A stretch of DNA of 63,591 nucleotides, filler included, from Malassezia furfur (Eukaryota): the NCBI GenBank assembly GCA_052055015.1. It is 20 parts of 20 records of this genome, joined end to end, with 100 filler letters (N's around TTAATTAATTAA, not from the genome) between each part and the next. Parts side by side here need not be neighbours in the genome. Positions count along the whole stretch, not along the records: positions 54,309 to 57,354 come from JBQJIT010000818.1; positions 57,455 to 60,497 come from JBQJIT010000819.1; positions 60,598 to 63,591 come from JBQJIT010000821.1; 17 more parts are not named here. One strand, given 5' to 3'. Positions 54,363 to 63,591 of the stretch are shown here, one piece after another. Numbering within the stretch: the stretch's first letter is position 1; every line of letters starts with the position of its first letter. The translations under genes were made by a program, and so were the position numbers. The notes below the pieces were generated by a model. That model was not told the DNA's origin. It saw only the letters and a list, made by a program, of their open reading frames with translations, and did not search any database.

Positions 54363-55439
54363 CCGCGCACGCTGAGCGGCGCCGTGGCGCATGACCCTGC
54401 GCCGTGGCCGTCGGCGGCACCGCGCGCAAAAAGCAGCCAGTCGCGCCCGCGCACGGGCGGCATCATGTCGTTCAACGACCTGCGTGGGCACGAGTCGCCC
54501 GACGACGAGCGCGACGACGACCGTGATCCCGTGAACCTGTTTACCGGCGGCGAGCGCAGCGGTCTGAGCGTCGAGAATCCCGACGCGCGCCGCGGCCAGG
54601 ACGACGAGAACAGCATCGTGCGTGATATTCTGTCCAAGGCCGCGTCGGCAGCGCAGGGCTCGTCGCGTGCGCGTGAACTTGACCTGCAAGGCTCATCTTT
54701 CTCTCCGCGTGTGCAGGCGTTCAGCGGTGCGGGCCGCTCGATTGGCGGCGCGACGGTGGAGCCGGAGCGGCCGGCCGCAGGGATGCCGGGCGCCTTGGGC
54801 GCGGGCGACGAAGAGGACGAAGAGGACGAGGAGCCGGCAGTGCGCCACCTGACGTTCTGGCAGGATGGCTTCTCCATCGAGGATGGCCCACTGATGCGCT
54901 ACGATGACCCCGCGAACCGCGAGACGCTCGAGGCGATCAATTCCGGGCGTGTGCCGCTGTCGCTACTGAACGTGCGTTTTGGGCAGCCTGTCGAGCTGCT
55001 GGTTGCGCGGCGTACGAACGAGAAGTACGTGCCGCCGCCGCCGCCGCCGATGCAGCCGTTTGGCGGGTCGGGCAACCGGCTCGGTGCGCCTGCCCCCCCG
55101 CGTCCGGCGGCGGCACCGGCGGCGACGAGCAGCGCGCCTACGTCGGCGCCGCGCGATGTGCCTGCTGTGGACGAGGCAGCCCCTGTGACGCAGATCCAGG
55201 TGCGCCTGCCCGACGGCCAGCGGCTGATTGCCAAGCTGAACCACTCGCATACGGTGGGCGATCTGCGACGCTACATCCAAGCGTATGTACACTATGACTT
55301 ATCCAGGCACCGCCCCGAGCTTGCCGAACAGGCCTACACGCTGCAGACCTCCTTCCCCCCCCGCCCCCTCACGGACGAGACGCAGTCGGTCGCCGACGCG
55401 CAGCTCCTCCACTCGGTGGTCATGGTGAAGTTCACGTGA
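54363..55439 (+). CDS. SHP1: Cdc48 cofactor Shp1/Ubx1 (p47; SEP + UBX), 5' truncated; probable in-frame 24-nt intron at 55283-55306
   Basis: '[15 protein letters not shown]', SEP '[21 protein letters not shown]', 'FGGSGNRLG', UBX 'IQVRLPDG...TSFPPR'. Confidence 0.92.
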   Translation, partial: PRTLSGAVAHDPAPWPSAAPRAKSSQSRPRTGGIMSFNDLRGHESPDDERDDDRDPVNLFTGGERSGLSVENPDARRGQDDENSIVRDILSKAASAAQGSSRARELDLQGSSFSPRVQAFSGAGRSIGGATVEPERPAAGMPGALGAGDEEDEEDEEPAVRHLTFWQDGFSIEDGPLMRYDDPANRETLEAINSGRVPLSLLNVRFGQPVELLVARRTNEKYVPPPPPPMQPFGGSGNRLGAPAPPRPAAAPAATSSAPTSAPRDVPAVDEAAPVTQIQVRLPDGQRLIAKLNHSHTVGDLRRYIQAYVHYDLSRHRPELAEQAYTLQTSFPPRPLTDETQSVADAQLLHSVVMVKFT

Positions 55440-55743
55440 AGGTCTAGGTGGAGGTTGAACCAAGAGATACCCACGTGATGTATACAGCGCGGCCGTAGTG
55501 GATTGGCTGACCGGCGGCAGGGCTTGCCAGCGCATATCGCACCCGACCTGGATTCGTCCAATTATCACCGAAATCGCCCGAGCCGCATGCACAGTCGCCC
55601 GGCGCGCAGCGTGTGCGCGGCACGGCGGCCAATACTCGGGCCATGCACGGCGATTTCGGCAGGGACCTTTTCCGAAGCACCGGTCGGGTTAAAACAGGTG
55701 CAATCTTCGACAATTTTTCTTACCCTCACCCCTTCTTGATCCA
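55440..55743 (+). promoter_or_regulatory. AAC promoter region with an E-box and three CCAAT boxes
   Basis: CACGTG 55472-55477; ATTGG 55502-55506; CCAAT 55558-55562 and 55629-55633; pyrimidine-rich tract at about 55713-55740. Confidence 0.5.
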
Positions 55744-55781
55744 GTAGGTTGCCCGCGAAGACTTGCCATTCTAACCACCAG
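55744..55781 (+). other. 38-nt 5'-UTR intron of AAC
   Basis: GTAGGT...TTCTAAC-CACCAG, ending 2 nt before the ATG at 55784. Confidence 0.72.
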
Positions 55782-55783
55782 TT

Positions 55784-56743
55784 ATGTCTTCGCCGATCTC
55801 GGAAGCCAAGGCGGCTCAGCCCAAGACTGTCAGCGGTTTCGCGACCGACTTCCTGATGGGCGGTGTGTCTGCCGCCGTCTCGAAGACGGCCGCTGCCCCC
55901 ATTGAGCGTGTGAAGCTCCTGATCCAGAACCAGGACGAGATGATCAAGCAGGGTCGTCTCTCGCACCCCTACAAGGGCATTGGCGACTGCTTTGTCCGCA
56001 CCTACCAGACCGAGGGTCTCGCCTCGCTCTGGCGCGGTAACACGGCTAACGTCATCCGCTACTTCCCGACGCAGGCCCTGAACTTCGCCTTCAAGGACTA
56101 CTTCAAGTCGATGTTCGCTGTGAAGAAGACTGCTCCCTACGTGCAGAAGCTCGGTGCCAACATTGCCTCGGGTGGTGCCGCTGGTGCCTCGTCGCTGGTC
56201 TTTGTGTACTCGCTCGACTACGCCCGTACCCGTCTTGCCAACGACGCCAAGTCGGCTGCCAAGGGCGGCGGTGAGCGCCAGTTCAACGGTCTCATTGACG
56301 TGTACCGCAAGACGCTCGCTTCGGACGGTATCGCTGGTCTCTACCGTGGCTTCATCCCCTCGGTCGTGGGTATCATTGTCTACCGTGGTCTGTACTTTGG
56401 TCTCTACGACTCGCTCAAGCCCGTTGTCCTGCCTGGTGAGCTCTCGAAGAACTTCCTGGCCTCGTTCCTGCTCGGCTGGGTCGTTACTACTTCGGCTGGT
56501 CTCGCTTCGTACCCGCTCGACACGATCCGTCGTCGCATGATGATGACCTCGGGTGGTGCCGTGCACTACAAGAGCATGCTCGACGCTGCCAGCTCGATCG
56601 TCGCCAAGGAGGGCATGCGCTCGCTCTTCAAGGGTGCCGGCGCCAACATTCTCCGTGGTATCGCTGCCGCTGGTACCATCTCGGGCTACGACAAGCTCCA
56701 GGAGATCATGTTCGGCAAGGTGTACAAGGGTGGCTCGGGTTAA
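55784..56743 (+). CDS. AAC: Mitochondrial ADP/ATP carrier
   Basis: '[17 protein letters not shown]', '[21 protein letters not shown]', signature 'RRRMMM'. Strongly biased codons (GGT/GCT/CGT) typical of high expression. Confidence 0.98.
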   Translation: MSSPISEAKAAQPKTVSGFATDFLMGGVSAAVSKTAAAPIERVKLLIQNQDEMIKQGRLSHPYKGIGDCFVRTYQTEGLASLWRGNTANVIRYFPTQALNFAFKDYFKSMFAVKKTAPYVQKLGANIASGGAAGASSLVFVYSLDYARTRLANDAKSAAKGGGERQFNGLIDVYRKTLASDGIAGLYRGFIPSVVGIIVYRGLYFGLYDSLKPVVLPGELSKNFLASFLLGWVVTTSAGLASYPLDTIRRRMMMTSGGAVHYKSMLDAASSIVAKEGMRSLFKGAGANILRGIAAAGTISGYDKLQEIMFGKVYKGGSG

Positions 56744-56849
56744 ACACCCTGCTCCGGCCCATTTGTACACGCGGACGTGGTTCGATAGCTTGCTTTCGTT
56801 CTCATGTCCTTTGCGCCGTAGCACGTCAATCTACAAAACGGTTGGCGAC

Positions 56850-57354
56850 TCAACAACATCCGCCTGCGGTGGTGCGACTGCCCGCGCCGCCGCTCGTGCG
56901 CTCCTGCACGTTGACCAGCTCGTTGCGCGCCTCGGCGCCCGCGCGTGTCGCCGGCGGCTTGACCTGGTCGAGCGGGATGTGTTTCGCTGGGTGAGGGGCA
57001 AAGACGTACCAATCTCGGTGAACACTTCGAGCACATGCTCGCCCGTCTTGGCGCTCGTCTCGAAAAAGAGCAGCTGGTTCTCGTGGGCATACGCCTCGGC
57101 TTCCGCGTATGTCACCTCGCGCTGGGCCGGCGCCGGCGCCTCGTCGTCCTCGGCGTCGGTGTCGGTGTCGGCGTCCGCGGCCGGCGTTACGAGATCGATC
57201 TTGTTGCCCACGAGTGCGATCACAATGTTGGGGCTTGCCTGGCGCTGCAGCTCCTTGACCCATAGCTTGGCCTTCCCGAACGAGGTCTGTGTGAGGCGCG
57301 TGCGCACGTACCGCCTTGGTCACGTCGTAGACGACGGCGCTGGCCTGTGCATTG
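56850..57354 (-). CDS. Rab5-family GTPase (Vps21/Ypt5x), 5' truncated; introns at 57287-57311 (25 nt) and 56987-57009 (23)
   Basis: '[40 protein letters not shown]', 'FFETSAKTG', 'FTEIA|KHIP', C-terminal 'GGCC' prenylation motif. Confidence 0.92.
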
Positions 57355-57454
57355 NNNNNNNNNNNNNNNNNNNNNNNNNNNNNNNNNNNNNNNNNNNNTT
57401 AATTAATTAANNNNNNNNNNNNNNNNNNNNNNNNNNNNNNNNNNNNNNNNNNNN

Positions 57455-60400
57455 TATCTGCGTCGTCGTCGTGCGCCACATGCTCGACGTCGCCGGCCTC
57501 GGGCATCGCCTCGTCGCGCATCTGGGGCGCGTCGTCGCTCGCCTCACGGATTGCCGCGACGTCACGACGGAACTGCTCGAGCGAGTCGCCGAGGCTCTGC
57601 GTGGGGTTCGCACGTTCCTCGGCGTCGGCGTCGGCGGGCGCGTCGGGCGCGTCGGCGCCATGCGCCTCCGACGCGCCCCCTTGCTCGGGGGCCGACTGCC
57701 CGGCATCGCCCGCCCCACCGACCGCGCGCTCTTGCGCACCGGCGGCGCCGCCGGCATTGTCGCCTGCGCCGTCCGCATCGGTGTTCATCTCGGCAAGGTC
57801 GCTCAGATTGCGCTGCTCGGCACGCGGTGGGGGCGGTGCGCCGCGGCGCGGCAGCACATCGGGCTGGGCGTCGGGCGCTTCCGCCTGCTGCGGCTCGTTT
57901 CCGCCCTCGGGCCGGTCCGAGGTCTGCGCGTCCAAGGGGTCGTATGGCTCCTCCTTGGCTTGGTCGCCCGCGCGCTCCTTGGGCTCCGGCTCGGCGTCCA
58001 TGTCCTCGCCGTCGCCCTCGTCCTTGGCGCCCTCGTCGTCCGCGCCCTGTTGCTCCTCCTCGCCTTGGTCATGCTCGCTCTGTGCCTCGTCCGGCTCGCC
58101 CTCCTTGGCGTCGCCACTGACCTCGGCCGGCTCCGCGGGCTCGTCCGTCTCCGGCTCTGCCTCGCCGCCGTGCTCCGTCTTGTGGTCCGTCTCGATTTCG
58201 TCCATGGCATCGTGCTCGCCGTCCGACGCATCGCGCCGGTCTTCGGCGTCGTTGCCATCGCCATCGTCGTCGCCGTCGTCGCCGTCGTCGCTCCCACTCG
58301 CCTCGTCTTGCTCCCCATCGTCCATGTCGAGGTCATCGAGCTGCATCTCCTGCTCGTTGGCCTCCTCGTCCATCTCGCGCCCGAGGCCTTGCTGCTTCTC
58401 GGGCATCTCTTGCATCTCGGGCTCGGCCTCCGTCTCGGCCGCTTCGTCCTCGCGGTCGTCCTGGGCGTCGGCACCGGCGGCGTCGTCGCGGCCCTCGGCA
58501 CGCTCGGCGGCGTGCTCGCGGTCGTCCTGGGCGCCGCCCTGGGCCTCGCTCTCGCCCTGCGTCTCGTCGGGGGCGTCGTCGTTGCCCCACATCTTCTCGT
58601 CCACGGCGTCGGGGTCGAGCGGGTCGACATCGCCGACCTCATCTTCGATGTCCTGCTCCTCGCCCTCTTCGCCGTCGTCCGCATTGTCGTCCTGGTCTCC
58701 GTCGACGCTGTGGGCATCGCCATGGTCGAGCTGGTCCGTCTCGCGCGCATGGTCCTCGCCCTCGGCGCCGCCGTCGTCCGGCTCCGCGCCGGGCTCCTGC
58801 TGTAGCTCCTCCATCTGCTCGTCGTCTTGCAGCGTGTCGCTGATGTCCTTGGCACCCGACCCGTCGCCCAGGCCGGTGCCGCCCTCGAGCTGCTCGCCGT
58901 TCTCCTCGGCTTCGTTTGTCTGCTCGTCCTCCTCGGGCGGCGTACAGAAGCCGCGCGTCGCAAGCGTCGTCACGATGGTGCACAGCACCAGCTCGAGACG
59001 GGCCACCGCGCGGTACAGCAGCGAGAGGTGGTGCGCGTGCGCAAACACCCAGCGCGCGTACGCGGCCACAAAGGGGTATGTGGCCTGCACGCACTCGCGC
59101 GTGCCGGGCACCGTACGGAAGCGCGCAAGCATGTGCGCCGGCCGCAACACGCGCTCGACGTCCGCAAGCCGCGCCATCTCGTCGACCAGCACACGGTCCA
59201 CGAGCTCGGCGGGTGGCGGCGGGAGCGCATGCAGCTCTTGCGCAACGACCAGCACGGCATTGCACACGTCGTCGGCGTCGTGCGCCTCAGCCTGCGCCGG
59301 CATCATGGCCGGCGGCGCCGGCAGCGCCAGCGTCGCGAGATACGTGCGTGCTGGCGCCGTGAGCGCCGTGAGCGCCGGCGCCTCCTTCTCGAGCGACGTC
59401 AGCGCCACACCACAGGCCCGCACAAGCGCCGCGCTCGTCGTGAGCAGCGCCCCTTCTTCGTGCGTGCACATCTTGAGACCCGTGTTGCGCACGGCGTCGG
59501 CGACGGCCGCGAGACGCGCCGCGAGTGGCGCTGCCTCAGCGAGGAGCGGCGCAAGCGACGCACACGACGCGTCGGTGGGCATCGGGGAGGCCTGGGCCAC
59601 CGCCGGTGCCTTGTTGCGCACGTCGGTGAGCACGTCGGCGGCCACGCGCACGGCAGACGCATGCGCAGCCCACGCGTCGGGGCCATCGACAGACACGACC
59701 GCCGGCGCGGCGTGCAGCGTCGCGAGGCGCGCACACACCGCGTCGGCCGATGCCGCGTGCACGGCCGCCGTGGCAAGGCGCGTTCGTACGCGCGCTGCCA
59801 CCTCGGCACCATGCTCAATGGAGCCGAGCGCACGTTGCAAGTCCGCGGGGCTCGCGTCGCCCTGCGGCGCATGCACCGCTGCACGCACGCGCGTGAGCTG
59901 GGCAAGGAGCGCCGCCGTGTAGCTCTCGATGGCGTCGGTCGCCAGCGCATCGTTGGGCGGCAGGGCCGGTGCGCCGTACATCCGCACCGCATCGCGCAGC
60001 GCCGCAAGGCGCTCGACCGACACATGCGGCGACAGACCGAGGCGGCGGAGCTCCTTCAGCAGGTCGGCAAGCGCACGGCGCTTCTGCGCCGCGAGGCTCT
60101 TGATCTGCTTGGCATTCGCCTCGGTCGCGAGCGCCGGCGTCTGCGCGGCGAGTGCATCGGCCGACTCGAGAATGTCCGTGCCAAGCTCGCGCACGGCCGT
60201 CGCGAGGTGCGTCGCGTGCACACGGGGGAACAGGTGCGATGCGTTGCGTGCGTGCAAACTGCGCACGGTGCGCGCCGCGTCACGGAGGTGCGCAGGCGCC
60301 GACTCGGGGCGCGGCACCGGCGCCGCATCGGGCAGCGCCGGGAGCGCCGTCCATGCCTCGTCGCCCGTGCCAAGCAGGGCGCGCACCGCGACGGGCGGCC

Positions 60401-60497
60401 GCGCCTCGGCGGCGCGCGCCAGCACCTCGTTGGCCGGCTCCTGCAGCGCCGTGCGGAACTTGCGCAGCGTGCGGTGGAGGTAGGTGTGCGTCTTTTG
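57455..60497 (-). CDS. MDN1: Midasin (Rea1/Mdn1), linker end and D/E-rich region, both ends truncated
   Basis: 'KRRALADLLKELRRLGLS', 'GFCTPPEE...EGGTGLGDGSGAKDIS', 'DAVDEKMW', long acidic tract, 'NPTQSLGDSLEQF'. Confidence 0.9.
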
Positions 60498-60597
60498 NNN
60501 NNNNNNNNNNNNNNNNNNNNNNNNNNNNNNNNNNNNNNNNNTTAATTAATTAANNNNNNNNNNNNNNNNNNNNNNNNNNNNNNNNNNNNNNNNNNNN

Positions 60598-62438
60598 GAG
60601 CGACCAAAACTCTTGCCGCACGACTCGACCGGGCACTTGTGGGGGCGCTCCTGGGTGTGCGTGCGGTTGTGCCGCTTCAGGTGCTCCATCCGCTTGAAGC
60701 GCCGGCCGCAGTGGCACACGTGCAACTTGTCGGCGCTGCTCACCACGAGCGGCGGTGGCCCCGCATTGCGCCCCCGCACACGCACGGCGGTCTGCGCGGC
60801 GTCCAGATCGAGCAGCGAGGCCATCTGGTCGCCGGGCATGCTGATGCTCTCGGTCATCTGCGAGCGGCGACGGCCGCGCGCCGACGACGCGAGCGGCGAC
60901 ATGGGTCCCGGCGAGGAGAGCGCCGTCATGCTCTTAGAGGTGGGCATCCCGTTCGGCCCAAAGTACGGGTCCATCTCGAGCGGCGAGCCGTACAGCAGTG
61001 GGCTTGGCGATGCCTTGGCGTACGGCGTGAAGCACTTGCGCGCCATCGCCGTCGAGTTCACCGGCAGATTCGTGCCGACCGAGGCGGGCGACGCAGGGAA
61101 CGACATGGGTTCCTGCGTCGGCGTGTACATACCCAGGTCGTGCTCCGGCGGCCACGAGGGCATCCCGTTGGGGTACAGCGCGGGTGCTGACGCCGTGCGC
61201 CCGAGCATCTTGGGATCGGGAGTGTGTTGGTCAAAGTAGAGCAGGCCGGGCGACATGGTGAGCGGCATCGCCGGCGCGTGCGGCGACATGAACTGCTCGG
61301 GCGTGCCGAACGGCTCGTCCAGTTTGTACGGCCCAGGGGCACTCGCACGGTGCTGCATCGGCGTTGCTGGAGGCATGTTGAAGGGCATGTGCGGCGGGAA
61401 CTGCGCACCATGCCCATGCAGTGCACCATACAGCTCCGTAGCGCCGTACGGCAGCGTCGCCGCGCGGTGCGGCGACATGTCCATCTGTGTGCCGTCCAGC
61501 GGGAAGCCGGGCGAGCGAAGGTCGGCCGAGCTGGCGATGCTGTGTGTCGAGCCGTACTCGGGCGTCGCGGAGAGTGCTGAGCTCGAGCCGATGCTGGGCC
61601 CCGAGCGGTGCATGCGTGCGCCACCGGCGTGCTGGCGCGTGTCGTCGCGCACGCCACCGCGTGCATCCGTCATGGGTGTCATGGGCGGCATGCCTTGGGC
61701 GAGCATGGCTGGGGGCGTCGCGTTCAGTTCGTACAAAAAGGAGCCACGGAAGGTGTCGTCCGCGGAGGAGGCATCGGTCGTGCTCTTCATCGGCGTGTCG
61801 TCGTCCAGCGACGACACCGGTGGAGAGATATTCGTACGCGAGTCGTGGTACACGGGCCGCGGCGCAGTGGTGGATGACGCGCCCGTGGTCGTGGGGCGCA
61901 TAGGGGTCATGGGCGTGCTGGGGATGGGACGGGTGTCGGGTGCGGGGCCGCGCGCGGACGCCTCGTTGATCGTGTCCTGCGAAGAGACCGAGTCCACGGA
62001 CGGGCGCGTATGCTGCGACGAGGGCGTGTCAAGGCGCATGTCGGCGACGCTGCTCGGCAGCATCTCAGAGCCGCGGCGCTCGGGCGGAGGCGGCGCGGGC
62101 GGCGCACCGCCGCCCTGGGGTTGTGTCGAGAGCATGCTGGGCGAGTCGTAAGTGTACGACGGCCAGGCGCTTGCTTCCGGCGCAGGTTGGCGGACGTCTT
62201 GCCAGAGCATGGACGTGGACTGCGCGCCAAAGGGCGTATGCTGTACGGGCGGCTCGTGCTGCAGCGTGTCGAGTCCGAGCGAGGGGAAGATGGGTACGCC
62301 ACCGAATGGGTCACTTAACCCTCCCGGCGAGGAGCTCGGCATGCCGAACGGCGCGTCGTACGATTCACGATGCGTGCCGTTCCCAGCGTGATCGAGCAGG
62401 AGAGAGGAGTGCAGCGGCGATGCGTGCTCCGAAGCCAT
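60598..62438 (-). CDS. C2H2 zinc-finger transcription factor with a long S/P/M-rich N-terminus, 3' truncated
   Basis: 'HVCHCGRRFKRMEHLKRHNRTHTQERPHKCPVESCGKSFGR'. Fingers are Ste12/Msn2-like, with no STE domain. Confidence 0.85.
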
Positions 62439-62805
62439 GGCGGCCTAAAAGCGCACGTTCAGAGCCCTGCTAGATGAACACCACACGCGACGGACACGGT
62501 GGTGCCTGCGGTCCAGTTTCTCGCGAAGCGGACGGTGCGATGTGTGGAACAAGGTCGGACGTAGACCCCCACGCACCCGCGGCACCGTGCCACACCGCCG
62601 AGCGCGCCGTTCGACGCCGACGCGTATCGGCCGATGAACTTCCACTGCGCAGGTCGCCGTGCGGGTGATTGGGCGTAGATGTTCACGTGAGGGAGCACGC
62701 GATTGGGCGCAGCCACGGCGTCACACTCTATAGGATGGGGTGGAGGGGAACCGACCCCGGGAGGCGCCTATGGACCTCGGCCGCCGCGCGCACGCGCGCG
62801 CGCAC

Positions 62806-63591
62806 TCAGCCCCAGTACGGCGGCTGCTGCTGGCGGCCGTACGAGTAGCCGTTGTAGGCGGCGGTGCCCTGGTGGCCAAAGTTGCCCGCGTACTGCTGGT
62901 AGTACGCAGGGTGCTGTTGCGCGGGCTGCTGCTGCACGGGCTGCCCGGAGGGCGCGCCCGTCGGCGCACGGTTCGCACCGGCCGCTGGCGACTTGGCCGC
63001 GTCAAACGAGCGGTAGTCCAGCGGGCTGGACTGCGCGCCGGCATTGGGCGCGCCCGCACGGCTCTGCGGCGGGATGCCGCCCTGCTGCGCTTGGCCCGCG
63101 CTCAAAAAGTTGGACAGACCAGGCAGGCTGCCGGCATCGGCGTCCGCGTTGCCCTGCAGCTTGAAGCCGTCGCTGGCCGTCGGCTGGTTCAGCGAGGAAG
63201 GCACGCGCTGGCCAAAGCCCTGCGCATCGTACGACGCACCCACAGCCGTGTGCGGCTGGAAGTGCGGCGGCGGCGTGTGCGTGCCGTACACGGCGGCCGC
63301 GTCCGCAGGACCGCCGTGGTGCAGGTAGGGCGACGCGAGGCTGGGGCCCGTAGGAGTCGCGTCGGGCTTGGTGGGGTGCTGCGGCTGCCCGCCGTACATC
63401 TGGTACTGCCCAAAGCCGCCCGCGGGCGACGCGTAGTGCTGGAATTGGTTCGGCATGTAGTACGGGTAGTAGTAGGGCATCACATTCGGGAACGGCTGCT
63501 GCTGCTGCAGACCCGGCGCACCCGCAGGCGTCGCGGGCTGCGGCGGCTGCGCGGGCGGTGCACCGGCGCAGGCGGCGAACACCGCGGGCTT
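62806..63591 (-). CDS. Q/P/Y-rich C-terminus, probably Def1 (RNA Pol II degradation factor), 5' truncated
   Basis: 'FPNVMPYYYPYYMPNQFQHY...YGRQQQPPYWG*'. Low complexity, CUE domain not in the window. Confidence 0.6.
   Translation of the reverse strand, partial: KPAVFAACAGAPPAQPPQPATPAGAPGLQQQQPFPNVMPYYYPYYMPNQFQHYASPAGGFGQYQMYGGQPQHPTKPDATPTGPSLASPYLHHGGPADAAAVYGTHTPPPHFQPHTAVGASYDAQGFGQRVPSSLNQPTASDGFKLQGNADADAGSLPGLSNFLSAGQAQQGGIPPQSRAGAPNAGAQSSPLDYRSFDAAKSPAAGANRAPTGAPSGQPVQQQPAQQHPAYYQQYAGNFGHQGTAAYNGYSYGRQQQPPYWG

Noticed and set aside
55474..55581. U24-like snoRNA resemblance (GTGATGT...CCAATTATCACC)
   Set aside because: The expected guides are mismatched or absent. The elements are better explained as an E-box and CCAAT boxes of the AAC promoter.
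3160..60597. Regularly spaced TTAATTAATTAA every ~3.15 kb as a biological repeat or array
   Set aside because: Always embedded in N44 runs. It is a synthetic linker, and the spacing reflects length-sorted contigs.

Overview
This is eukaryotic, not prokaryotic, DNA. It is a GC-rich, very gene-dense basidiomycete yeast genome, most consistent with Malassezia (inferred from protein signatures, compaction and tiny introns). The window is not one locus. It is 20 unrelated contigs of about 3.0-3.16 kb, sorted by decreasing length and joined by 19 artificial 100-nt linkers (N44-TTAATTAATTAA-N44), so adjacency across linkers means nothing and many genes are truncated. It holds about 40 complete or partial housekeeping genes, including SEC9, ATP23, RPL13, RasGAP, BUB1, AFG1, PRP38, VHC1, PIM1, IME2-like, ARP1, CDC23, RDH54, CDC5, BRH2, SCAMP, CDC10, mitochondrial SerRS, a JmjC demethylase, MYO1, TRA1, SPT2, PRMT5, ferric reductase, SF3B1, OTU2, ARP4, TSC10, Crz1-like, adenylate cyclase, SHP1, AAC, Rab5, midasin and DEF1. 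I found no CRISPR, rRNA, tRNA or recognisable mobile element. The main signals missed by the ORF track are: (1) about 30 inferred spliceosomal introns with a median of 25-26 nt and a minimum of 21 nt, several in-frame and stop-free; (2) a CACGTG E-box in 13 of 17 visible upstream regions; (3) extreme compaction, including two genes that share one CTAG stop palindrome; (4) a candidate securin and a PCAF_N-like domain on a probable GCN5; (5) chimeric 55-nt contig ends, one of which reveals a second, diverged MYO1 allele. All gene names come from motif recognition, not database searches.
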